From a virus, in IMG/VR virus record IMGVR_UViG_3300045684_000050, positions 32,001-96,000 of that record: a stretch of DNA of 64,000 nt; one strand, given 5' to 3'. Made by a program: the position numbers and the translations under genes. Shown here in pieces: positions 1 to 8,050 of the stretch; positions within the stretch are counted from its first letter, which is position 1; each line of letters opens with the position of its first letter. The notes under the pieces were generated by a model. It did not search any database and was not told where the DNA came from. It saw only the letters and a list, made by a program, of their open reading frames with translations.

Positions 1-171
1 AAGACATACTGATATCTTATTTGCTGTATCCGAAGAAATATAAGATAAAGCATGATCGGCTTGCTTCTTTGTAGTTCCGTAAGAATTAGTATAAGTATGA
101 TCAGGCTGTTCTTGTGGTATTCCATCCCTATAAAGATGTGAAAATAAACGAACAATCGACTTTATTGGCAT
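1..171 (-). CDS. Hypothetical protein, partial (runs off left edge)
   Basis: Manual translation from ATG at 171: MPIKSIVRLFSHLYRDGIPQEQPDHTY..., open to position 1; promoter-like element just upstream. Confidence 0.55.
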   Translation of the reverse strand, partial: MPIKSIVRLFSHLYRDGIPQEQPDHTYTNSYGTTKKQADHALSYISSDTANKISVCL

Positions 172-192
172 GTCTTAATGAATTAGCTATGC

Positions 193-200
193 CAAAGATA
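193..200 (-). promoter_or_regulatory. Bacteroidota sigma70-type -7 element (TATCTTTG)
   Basis: Matches TAnnTTTG in an intergenic gap 22 nt upstream of the ATG at 171; no -33 TTTG seen. Confidence 0.4.
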
Positions 201-220
201 ATATATATAGACTTATATTG

Positions 221-412
221 CTAATTTGTATTCTGCAGGTGACAGATCTCGATCATTCCTTTCGCGTCTATGAACTTTGCGTAAGTATGACGTATATTGT
301 CAATGCTGCAATCATGCTTCTGAGCTACCTTGTGAACGTGCCACTTATCTGATGATTTTATGTCTTTGTTTTCTTTGCTCATTGTCTTAACGTTTAATAT
401 GTTCTTTTCCAA
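221..412 (-). CDS. Small hypothetical protein (true start may be ATG at 382, MSKENKDIK)
   Basis: ORF track; co-oriented with neighbours. Confidence 0.55.
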   Translation of the reverse strand: MEKNILNVKTMSKENKDIKSSDKWHVHKVAQKHDCSIDNIRHTYAKFIDAKGMIEICHLQNTN

Positions 413-498
413 TATTTATGTTTACCCAATTTATCTTGACGATAACAACTTCTTCGATCTAATCTATAACCTACTGTTATTTTATCTCCTAATTTCAT
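394..498 (-). CDS. Unannotated 34-aa basic ORF (MKLGDKITVGYRLDRRSCYRQDKLGKHKYWKRTY)
   Basis: Manual translation; fills the gap between terminator and next gene; A-rich leader. Confidence 0.4.
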   Translation of the reverse strand: MKLGDKITVGYRLDRRSCYRQDKLGKHKYWKRTY

Positions 499-510
499 AT
501 TTTTTCTTTT

Positions 511-541
511 AAAAGGAACCCGAGATTTTACCCCGGATTCC
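511..541 (-). terminator. Putative intrinsic terminator
   Basis: Minus strand GGAATCCG-11 nt loop-CGGGTTCC (8-bp stem with one G-U) followed by TTTT, just downstream of the 566..910 stop. Confidence 0.55.
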
Positions 542-565
542 AAATGGCGAACCACATCACAACTA

Positions 566-910
566 TTACATATCTGAAGGAAGAATCACATTAGCCAGTA
601 ATTTAGCAAAATATGCATCTCCTTGTTCTTCTATTCGAAAATATTCATTATACTCATCCTCAGTTATCTCTTTCCAATCTACACTCCGGATTCGATAATG
701 TAACGTCTCTGGCTTCAAAGCATGAGATCCAGGATCTATCTTTACATAATCAGAAAAATTAAATCTTAGCTTCATGGGATTTCCAGAATAATTGAAAACC
801 TTTCTCTCTTTTATGAAATCTATGTGATGGCCACTAGGAGTTCCATTTACATCATAGCTAGACATCTCAATCTTCCATTCTTGTTCGATATTTAAAATGT
901 AGTAATTCAT
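566..910 (-). CDS. Hypothetical protein
   Basis: 114-aa ORF, tight packing with neighbours. Confidence 0.7.
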   Translation of the reverse strand: MNYYILNIEQEWKIEMSSYDVNGTPSGHHIDFIKERKVFNYSGNPMKLRFNFSDYVKIDPGSHALKPETLHYRIRSVDWKEITEDEYNEYFRIEEQGDAYFAKLLANVILPSDM

Positions 911-917
911 GATATTA

Positions 918-1130
918 TTATTTATAATTTTCTAATCTTTTTTCCATATTCTTCCTATCCGTCCGTAACTTTTTTAAATCTTCTCTCAGATGAAGGATAT
1001 AGTCAGCCTCGTTTGCAGTTATCTTTGACTTCATAGTGAGCTCTTGTATCCTACTATTAAACGTTTCAATCTGAGAATTTATAGCGGCTAATCTCCTTTC
1101 CGAATATCTCTTAAATGTAACGTATCCCAT
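918..1130 (-). CDS. Small coiled-coil hypothetical protein
   Basis: 70-aa ORF, heptad-like charged sequence. Confidence 0.65.
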   Translation of the reverse strand: MGYVTFKRYSERRLAAINSQIETFNSRIQELTMKSKITANEADYILHLREDLKKLRTDRKNMEKRLENYK

Positions 1131-1139
1131 ATCAATATA

Positions 1140-1319
1140 CTATTTAACTTTTACTTGAATATCTTTCACATAACCTTTAGGCAAATCAAATATGCCTTCA
1201 CTATGCCAAATAGCATATTCGTGATTATTTCCTTTGGTGATAGTAATCGTCTCATTTTTATTTATGACGTAATCACCTAATGGTATTTTAACTTTTGCTT
1301 TTGCTTCTGCCATCCACAT
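1140..1319 (-). CDS. Unannotated 59-aa ORF (MWMAEAKAKVKIPLGDYVINKNETITITKGNNHEYAIWHSEGIFDLPKGYVKDIQVKVK)
   Basis: Manual translation; fills the gap exactly, starting 2 nt after the helicase stop. Confidence 0.65.
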   Translation of the reverse strand: MWMAEAKAKVKIPLGDYVINKNETITITKGNNHEYAIWHSEGIFDLPKGYVKDIQVKVK

Positions 1320-1320
1320 A

Positions 1321-2778
1321 TCAAAATGCTACTTTTTGTCTAATGATTTCATTTGCTTTATCTAAAAATTGGGACATCTCATATCCTACCATATTTGCAT
1401 CAAACTTGTTAACACAGTACTGAAGATATTCTGTAGGTATCTCAGTCATCTCAGAGCCTACATGCATCCCAAAATGTACATACCGGTATTCTCCATACTT
1501 CTTATTCAACTCTAACGCTGCTTCCTTCTTACTTTTCTTGTGAAACCTCATCGTAATCATCTCCTTAGTAGTACGTACTCCTCCCATCGGAATATTGCTA
1601 AGTAATACATCTTTGGAAAACACCCCCCAACCATGGCCTGGGAAGTCCTCTATAGTTATATTTTCAAGGTATCCAAATCTCCTAATATTACCACAGAAGT
1701 CTATAGCAAATCCATTCCTCTTATTCATTGAAGGTCTTGTAAGTCTCCCAAGCATCTGATAATATAATGCAAAACTATTCGTTGGCCTACCCATCATTAC
1801 GCAATCTAAATCAGGATGATCAAATCCATAACTGAAGATAGAGTGATTGAAAACTATTTGTATATCACCATGTTTGAAGTTCTCTACTATCTCAGCTCTT
1901 TTCTTAGCAGGTGTGCTTCCACTTATAGCTACAGAATTCTTAAATACTTTTGACATACTATTAGCAGTAGCAACACTATCAACAAATACTAATATGTTCT
2001 TCCTCGATGGCATTAACCTTTTCACATTAGCTATTATTCGTTCATTTACTTTGTTGTCAGCAATAGCTATCTTAATAGATGCATCTGTAAATTCAGATCC
2101 AGTTGAGTTTAATCTCAACGATTGATCATTAAAGTCGTAACCTTCATACTTCATAGCAGCCCAATGATCATGCATTATCTCTTGAATTTGTATGACCCTT
2201 ATTACATGATTAAAGAATCCCGGTTCCATGCGTGTCAAGAAGTTTAACCTTGCACCATCAGCCCCATTAAATAGCCTCACAGGAGTAGCTGTAAATCCTA
2301 TACTAACTTTAGGCTGTAAATCATCCATAAACCTAGTAAACATAGATCCAGGCTCAGGACTATATGATGTGTGGCATTCATCCAATAACACATGCTTTAC
2401 ACCTAAATCCTTAAACATCTTACCCTTATTTTTAATGCTTCCTAGCGTAGCAAATGTTATCCTTGATGCTTTCTTTTTATTTAGAGAGGAACTATAAATA
2501 GATCCTTGACCTCCGAAGCTAAGAAACTTCTCAAAGTTTTGCTTCAATAACTCAACTCTAGGCTGCAAGACTAGTATGGGTTCATCTATTATTTTTGCTG
2601 CACTACCTAATAACAAAGATTTTCCTCCCGCTGTAGGAACCACAATAATGCCTTTGGCATGTTTAGTTCGCTTCTCCTTATTGATAGCAAGATAGTCCTT
2701 TATCTTATCCTCACAGTCTTGCTGATAAGGCCTTAACTTAAACTCTGGTAGTGGGTTAAATAAGTTATGCTTTGTCAT
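1321..2778 (-). CDS. Superfamily 2 DExH helicase (UvsW/RadD-like) with C-terminal DUF3820-like module
   Basis: Walker A PTAGGKS, DECH, TAT, and motif VI QMLGRLTR; C-terminal HFGMHVG..IPTEYLQY resembles FGKYKG..P..YL.W. Confidence 0.92.
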   Translation of the reverse strand: MTKHNLFNPLPEFKLRPYQQDCEDKIKDYLAINKEKRTKHAKGIIVVPTAGGKSLLLGSAAKIIDEPILVLQPRVELLKQNFEKFLSFGGQGSIYSSSLNKKKASRITFATLGSIKNKGKMFKDLGVKHVLLDECHTSYSPEPGSMFTRFMDDLQPKVSIGFTATPVRLFNGADGARLNFLTRMEPGFFNHVIRVIQIQEIMHDHWAAMKYEGYDFNDQSLRLNSTGSEFTDASIKIAIADNKVNERIIANVKRLMPSRKNILVFVDSVATANSMSKVFKNSVAISGSTPAKKRAEIVENFKHGDIQIVFNHSIFSYGFDHPDLDCVMMGRPTNSFALYYQMLGRLTRPSMNKRNGFAIDFCGNIRRFGYLENITIEDFPGHGWGVFSKDVLLSNIPMGGVRTTKEMITMRFHKKSKKEAALELNKKYGEYRYVHFGMHVGSEMTEIPTEYLQYCVNKFDANMVGYEMSQFLDKANEIIRQKVAF

Positions 2779-2792
2779 TGTATTCTTTGATT

Positions 2793-4307
2793 TTAGATAT
2801 TTTTAACACTTACAGATATATGCTCTCCCAATACAGCATAATGTGCTGCCTTCATCGCATCTACTACACATTGAGTTGCTACTTCATCCAGATCTACTGT
2901 CAATATCTCATCATGCCTTAAACACTTAATAGCATTTAAGGGGAAAGTCCGATCCTTCCCTAAATTAATAACCGCTAACTTTAAAATAACTGAAGCTGTC
3001 CGCTGTACATTGAGACCTATTACTTTCCTGGACAAAATCTTATGCTTATCCATCGCTTCCATAATAACACCCCTCTCCTCTGTATCTCTTTCATGCTTAG
3101 GTATCTTCCAGAAATTATTAGCTTTAGATCTTATTCTTTGATAACCGTCTAACAATTCATCTTTCATGTATTGACCAAGATATCTGCATGTCCAATAATA
3201 ACCCTCTTTGATAGCTACATTGATAAGCTCATTTCTATTCTTAGTAAACTCACAAAGATCATCGATATTTTTATATAAATTATATAGAGACAATGGACTT
3301 ACTTTTATTTTAAATGCTAAACCATCGATTCCCATTCCATTCATCATAGATAATACAGTAATCTTCATCTTATCTCGTTTCGCCTTATGCTTCTCATTCA
3401 TCTCCCCGGGTTGATACTTAACCTTAGACACATAACAATACAAAAATTCATAAAAATCACTATATTCTGACTCTCTAAACACATAAAATATTGGGGGCTT
3501 GAAAATATGCATGTAAATCATTATCTCCTGACTTACATAATCAAAAGACATTATGTTACCATCATAATAGTCAGAACTTAAAGCCTGAATATTAGGTGCA
3601 TAAGTATGAACCCTTCCAGTAATCGAACTATAAGGTTTATGATTAATAGGAATATAGTCACCTATATATGGCTGTATCATTATCCTGTCTGATCGCAACA
3701 AAGAGAATAAAACATATTTGTCAATAGCTTCATCCTTAAATGATCTCAAATTATTAAAAGATAAATCTTCCTGGCCGCTATCAATATCGAAGTAGTTATA
3801 CTTCTTCTTATCAAGATACTTTGTTAATGAAGTCTTTGAAGGAAATGGATTTTTTAACTCTACCATTTTCTTCTCCAACTCAACATACTTCTTTTTTATT
3901 AATTCAGTATTTACAGGAAACTCATGAGCATTTATCCTGTTAAGATAAGAGTGAAATAATGACTCCATATTAATTACCGTCTCAAGCTTCATCGATTTTA
4001 TTATCTTAATCTGTTTATAAAAAACTTCATAAATATGTTTTGGATAGTTTTCCGGCTTATATTTAGGACCAATAGTCTTGTGTAAATATTTCTGAAATAA
4101 AGACCTTAATGTATTACTTTTATGGTAAAATATCACTTTCTCTAATGTCTGTATATCAAGTATTCTAGCATTTACAACCAACTGACAATCATAGCCTATA
4201 ACTGACTTTACACCTTCAGGAATAAATAATTTTTCATCTTTATAGCTATTAGTGCCATCATAATAATAGTACTTAGACTCGAAATAATATATTGCTATTG
4301 AAACCAC
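2793..4307 (-). CDS. polA: Divergent family A DNA polymerase
   Basis: TGRVHTYAPNIQAL, motif A FDYVSQE, motif B R..MK...L...NG, QRTASVILK, motif C RHDEI; GTG start. Confidence 0.88.
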   Translation of the reverse strand: MVSIAIYYFESKYYYYDGTNSYKDEKLFIPEGVKSVIGYDCQLVVNARILDIQTLEKVIFYHKSNTLRSLFQKYLHKTIGPKYKPENYPKHIYEVFYKQIKIIKSMKLETVINMESLFHSYLNRINAHEFPVNTELIKKKYVELEKKMVELKNPFPSKTSLTKYLDKKKYNYFDIDSGQEDLSFNNLRSFKDEAIDKYVLFSLLRSDRIMIQPYIGDYIPINHKPYSSITGRVHTYAPNIQALSSDYYDGNIMSFDYVSQEIMIYMHIFKPPIFYVFRESEYSDFYEFLYCYVSKVKYQPGEMNEKHKAKRDKMKITVLSMMNGMGIDGLAFKIKVSPLSLYNLYKNIDDLCEFTKNRNELINVAIKEGYYWTCRYLGQYMKDELLDGYQRIRSKANNFWKIPKHERDTEERGVIMEAMDKHKILSRKVIGLNVQRTASVILKLAVINLGKDRTFPLNAIKCLRHDEILTVDLDEVATQCVVDAMKAAHYAVLGEHISVSVKNI

Positions 4308-4319
4308 GTATATAAAAAG

Positions 4320-4351
4320 TTTGTAATATCAAAATTATTTAACTATTTTTG
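4320..4351 (+). promoter_or_regulatory. Full Bacteroidota sigma70 promoter (-33 TTTG, 20-nt spacer, -7 TATTTTTG)
   Basis: TTTG at 4320-4323 and TAnnTTTG at 4344-4351 with canonical spacing, in an intergenic gap. Confidence 0.65.
4330..4337 (-). promoter_or_regulatory. -7 element (TAATTTTG) upstream of the polymerase gene
   Basis: TAnnTTTG match 23 nt upstream of the start at 4307; no -33 element. Confidence 0.4.
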
Positions 4352-4355
4352 AACC

Positions 4356-4421
4356 AGTTTATAACACAAGGACACTGCCAAATTCCTGGAGGTCTATGAT
4401 TAAGTTCGTAGACCTTTTTTT
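4356..4421 (+). ncRNA. Candidate ~65-nt small RNA on the otherwise gene-free strand
   Basis: Bounded by a plus-strand promoter and a plus-strand U-tailed hairpin; no protein-length ORF. Confidence 0.45.
4391..4421 (+). terminator. Intrinsic terminator oriented on the plus strand
   Basis: GGTCTATGA-TTAAGT-TCGTAGACC (9-bp stem with one G-U) followed by 7 T. Confidence 0.7.
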
Positions 4422-4439
4422 AGATAACTTTTTGTGCTT

Positions 4440-4748
4440 TTATACTGCTCCATCCCTTAGCTGTTTAGATATAACATCATTGATTAATATCCTGGCTTGT
4501 TCTTTTATGTAATTTGGCTTATTCCAACCAGTACTCCCAGTTAACTCACGATACACAAGTCTCTCTATTTCTTTTTTCATTATTGACTCAGTATTTTCAG
4601 TGTTAATGTTTTTTATTCGATCAGACAATGCTTCCATCACAAGCCCTCTAATTTCTTTCCTAGCTATGGACATTATTTGCCCTTTTATCATGTCCTTGAT
4701 ATAGTCCCTTAGCTCTTTATCTTCTTTGATGTTTAATGTTAATTTCAT
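4440..4748 (-). CDS. Hypothetical helical protein
   Basis: 102-aa ORF in the replication cluster. Confidence 0.75.
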   Translation of the reverse strand: MKLTLNIKEDKELRDYIKDMIKGQIMSIARKEIRGLVMEALSDRIKNINTENTESIMKKEIERLVYRELTGSTGWNKPNYIKEQARILINDVISKQLRDGAV

Positions 4749-4762
4749 AATCCTTTTTTTTG

Positions 4763-5686
4763 TTAGATAACTTTTCTTATTGCATCGTTTATGTAGAATT
4801 GGGTGTCAGTCTTTATGATGATATCTGAAGGATCTTTTGCTATGTCACAATGGATAACTTTATCTGTCTTTAGCAACCTGGAGACTACAGTATTATAAAC
4901 CCATCCTGCCGAATCATTATCCCCCCACACTAACCTTATTGGAAATCGTTCTATTAGCTCTGGTGCCATCTTCTCTAATAAGCTGAACATTCCTTCACCT
5001 GAAGTACAGAACGCTTTATACTCATAAGAACAAGCTTCCACACTTACAATATCCTTCATACTTGTAACTGCTATTAGAATATTCCCATTTCTAGGAAGTG
5101 TATCATAGCCTTCTAACTGCCTCATATTTTCATGCCAGAACTTATGAGGTCGATCACCATAAAAATTAAAAGGAGCATAGCCTTTCTTTCCTCCACCTGC
5201 AGGCCAAAAGAAACCAAAATTATCAACACTTGATGTGAAATAGTTTTTAGATAATTTATTAACACTTACTAGTCCTTGGTATTTGTGCCTGTGAAGTAAT
5301 TCCCGAGGAACAAATAAAGACTTAAAATAGTCATAGTGCTCTAACTGTAAAGGCTTCGTTTTAAATGTCAAGGGAATAGAAACATTAGACATTCTCTGCA
5401 TATAACTCCTGGAGTTACTTATCTGTCCATAATTACCGGACTTTATAACTTCCAATGCTTCTTCCCTTGAGCTAACGCCTATCTCCATTTCTGCTACAAA
5501 TCCTATCACATCACTGCCAAAATTTCCTGCATAGCCAAAATCCTTCCAGTATATCCTCTGATTATACATCTTGGTTGAAAAAGAAGGATTATCATCAGAC
5601 CTTCCAGGCAGTGGAGACTTTATTTTCTTACCAATCTGATAATGACTCCCTATATAATGACGATATATAGAAAGCTCGTCAAACAT
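4763..5686 (-). CDS. dnaG: DnaG-like (Toprim) primase, crAss-like type
   Basis: N-terminal SPLPGRSDDNPSF..WKDFG..G.DVI.FV (CHC2-like without Cys), Toprim KDIV and WGDNDSAG, C-terminal KDPSD. Confidence 0.8.
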   Translation of the reverse strand: MFDELSIYRHYIGSHYQIGKKIKSPLPGRSDDNPSFSTKMYNQRIYWKDFGYAGNFGSDVIGFVAEMEIGVSSREEALEVIKSGNYGQISNSRSYMQRMSNVSIPLTFKTKPLQLEHYDYFKSLFVPRELLHRHKYQGLVSVNKLSKNYFTSSVDNFGFFWPAGGGKKGYAPFNFYGDRPHKFWHENMRQLEGYDTLPRNGNILIAVTSMKDIVSVEACSYEYKAFCTSGEGMFSLLEKMAPELIERFPIRLVWGDNDSAGWVYNTVVSRLLKTDKVIHCDIAKDPSDIIIKTDTQFYINDAIRKVI

Positions 5687-6165
5687 TATTTGATTTGAAT
5701 AGTCTTCTTAGGAACAAAGATAGCGTTGAATTTATTCTCAGGATTATCCTTGGCCCACTTCTTAAAGTCTGCTAATTTAATCTTTTCTACTATTTCCTTA
5801 ACTACAAATTCTTTAGGAACTTTATCATAAAAGAAATCAGATCCTTTCCTATATCCAATATTGACTACATCTTTTTTGTATGATTCCATTTCATGGACTC
5901 TAAGATATGTGTCAATATTCATAGAGAACCAATTCAATGAATTCTGAGCAGACTTCTTCATAGCAGTAAGCCTCTTTATCTCTTTGTCTATTGCGTCAAG
6001 TTCATCACTCTTCATCTTGTATACGAAATAGTATCCTCTTATCTTATCTTCTCCGTCTGCAATATTCTTGTCATAAGCTTCTAATAATTCATCAGTTGCT
6101 TCTCCTGACTCTAACAGTTCTACCAATTGTAGAAACTCTTGGTTTATTTCATATAACTTTGCCAT
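5686..6165 (-). CDS. Siphovirus Gp157-like protein
   Basis: MAKLYEI...DKIRGY...IDKEIKRL..MKKS.QN pattern; coiled-coil; ends TIQIK. Confidence 0.75.
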   Translation of the reverse strand: MAKLYEINQEFLQLVELLESGEATDELLEAYDKNIADGEDKIRGYYFVYKMKSDELDAIDKEIKRLTAMKKSAQNSLNWFSMNIDTYLRVHEMESYKKDVVNIGYRKGSDFFYDKVPKEFVVKEIVEKIKLADFKKWAKDNPENKFNAIFVPKKTIQIK

Positions 6166-6236
6166 ATTCTTAATTTAATTTAATTGTCAATTATTCATAC
6201 TTATGGATATCATGTCATAAGTAAAGGCTACCATGA

Positions 6237-7397
6237 CTAAAATGGTAAATCCTCATAATCCTGTAATGGTGGTGCATCTTCAGGGAAATTAGTATTCTCA
6301 ACACCTGGAGATTTAAAAACTAATCTATCAGGTCTCACTCTATCTTGCCCTACTGCAGGGGGTGGCTGCATCTGTGGTGGCGGTGGAGCTTGTTGTACCT
6401 GTGGTGGTGGCTGTGGTGGTTGATATTGCTGTACTGGAGGCCCTTGTGGTGGAGCTATCGGTGGTGCTTTAACAGGAGGTGGAAATCCAAAATCATCAGG
6501 CCTGGTAGCTTGTCCAAACCCAGCTTGTGGAGAATCAGGAGGTTTTTGGTATCCACCAACTTGCCTTGAAGGGTCAGTATTGTACGTCTGATTTATCGGA
6601 GGTGGTGGTGCCGGCTGCTGATACTGTTGCGGTGGTGGTGCCGGCTGCTGATACACATGAGCCGGAGGTTGCGGCTGCTGATACTGTTGCGGTGGTGGTG
6701 CCGGCTGCTGATACTGTTGCGGTGGTGGTGCCGGCTGCTGATACTGTTGCGGTGGTGGTGCCGGCTGCTTACCTGTAGTCTGCGGTGCATATTGCTGCTG
6801 TTGTGCATATTCATCATATTCGTTTGGGCCCTTTATGCTTTTCAAAATACTTAGCTTGTGAGCAACATCCTGAGTAAACCAACTATACAATGTAGCATTC
6901 TGCTCCCTATAATCCCAAGTCATCCCTTCATACCCCCTAACCTGTACAGGCGGTGGTAAATTATCTGAAGAATATGCTGGAGTTAACTTACTACCGTCCT
7001 GGAATAAATTTAACCCTACATTCCTTTTTCCATCATTCCCGGTGATATCATAAGGAACAATAGTCATTTCTTTCATAATATCTACGTTCCTAAAAATCTT
7101 AGCAAACCTTTTGCCATATCCACTATCAAAAGGAAATGCCAATGAAATTTTATCACCATCAGACTCCATCCATAACCGGATCTCCATGGCATTAAACTTC
7201 TCGTTATTCTGAACTTTAATATCAGAAATATGAGCACTAATGCTACTGAATGAATAGTAGTACAATATACTACCATCTTTCTTCTTTCTAGTGTTCAACT
7301 GATATTGTGGCTGCTCTGGTTGCTCATTAAATGATTGTGTCAACTTACCATTGTAAAAAGATAAGTAAGATGACGAAGATGCTTGTGTTACCTTCAT
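6237..7397 (-). CDS. Putative single-stranded DNA-binding protein with long Pro/Gln linker
   Basis: Beta-rich N-terminal domain, disordered P/Q region, acidic C-terminal tip DYEDLPF, located in the replication module. Confidence 0.6.
   Translation of the reverse strand: MKVTQASSSSYLSFYNGKLTQSFNEQPEQPQYQLNTRKKKDGSILYYYSFSSISAHISDIKVQNNEKFNAMEIRLWMESDGDKISLAFPFDSGYGKRFAKIFRNVDIMKEMTIVPYDITGNDGKRNVGLNLFQDGSKLTPAYSSDNLPPPVQVRGYEGMTWDYREQNATLYSWFTQDVAHKLSILKSIKGPNEYDEYAQQQQYAPQTTGKQPAPPPQQYQQPAPPPQQYQQPAPPPQQYQQPQPPAHVYQQPAPPPQQYQQPAPPPPINQTYNTDPSRQVGGYQKPPDSPQAGFGQATRPDDFGFPPPVKAPPIAPPQGPPVQQYQPPQPPPQVQQAPPPPQMQPPPAVGQDRVRPDRLVFKSPGVENTNFPEDAPPLQDYEDLPF
6601..6769. repeat. Coding tandem repeat, 30-bp unit, about 5.6 copies (QQYQQPAPPP)
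   Basis: ggtggtggtgccggctgctgatactgttgc repeated with two variant units. Confidence 0.95.
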
Positions 7398-7422
7398 GAT
7401 ATAATTGTGATTTAAAAATTAA

Positions 7423-7965
7423 TTAATTTCCTTCTTTAGTGACTGGATCTTCCTCTTTAATTTCAGGAGACTCAGAAATTACTGCATTTTCTGACTGAAT
7501 ACTGAATTCTTCATGATACTTCATCTTCATCCAGTTAAACATGCATGCAGCTTGCTTCTTAAATGTATTCTCATTCCAAGCTTTACCTACCATCAAATCC
7601 TTAGAATATGACGCTGATAAAGTAATCATTTTAGTGAATTCCTGAAATATCTGCTGTTGAGCTATATACTCAACAGGAATATCCTGTTGGAAAAAGTCAA
7701 ACTTTGTCTTTGTTTTTTCAGTAGGCAGGCCAGGATTACTTATCTCATCCTTCAGCCTATAAAAATAATTATAACCCTCTCGAAGATTATAAATGTTGTG
7801 AAAGTCAGGATGATAGTGCCTAACACTATCTCCGTTTTCAAATTCTACTTGAACTCCATAAAATGTTATATTGGACCCTGTAGGTGTAAAATCTTGCAAT
7901 CTGACTACTTTAGTCAGCTTTGATGTTCGCCATCCATGATAGCGAACTTTTATGTTATTGTTCAT
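7423..7965 (-). CDS. Hypothetical protein, possibly OB-fold/ssDNA-binding
   Basis: 180-aa ORF; beta-rich N-terminus, helical C-terminus with acidic tail; first gene of the replication cluster. Confidence 0.6.
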   Translation of the reverse strand: MNNNIKVRYHGWRTSKLTKVVRLQDFTPTGSNITFYGVQVEFENGDSVRHYHPDFHNIYNLREGYNYFYRLKDEISNPGLPTEKTKTKFDFFQQDIPVEYIAQQQIFQEFTKMITLSASYSKDLMVGKAWNENTFKKQAACMFNWMKMKYHEEFSIQSENAVISESPEIKEEDPVTKEGN

Positions 7966-8002
7966 GATTAGTTGTGATTTAGTTGTGAATCAATTACAAT
8001 AT

Positions 8003-8010
8003 CAAATATA
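8003..8010 (-). promoter_or_regulatory. -7 element (TATATTTG) at the head of the replication cluster
   Basis: TAnnTTTG in the 85-nt gap between the giant gene and 7965. Confidence 0.5.
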
Positions 8011-8050
8011 ACACTTTATAATTAAAAATAAAATTATTTTTAATATTTCT

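Noticed and set aside
6198-6223. Hairpin TACTTATG-10 nt-CATAAGTA between the SSB-like and Gp157-like genes
   Set aside because: AT-rich stem, large loop and no U-tract; too weak to call
6345-6854. Several overlapping ORFs (6345+, 6527+, 6593-, 6627+) and a CRISPR-like look of the 30-bp repeat
   Set aside because: Shadow frames of a coding tandem repeat; the repeats are contiguous with no unique spacers
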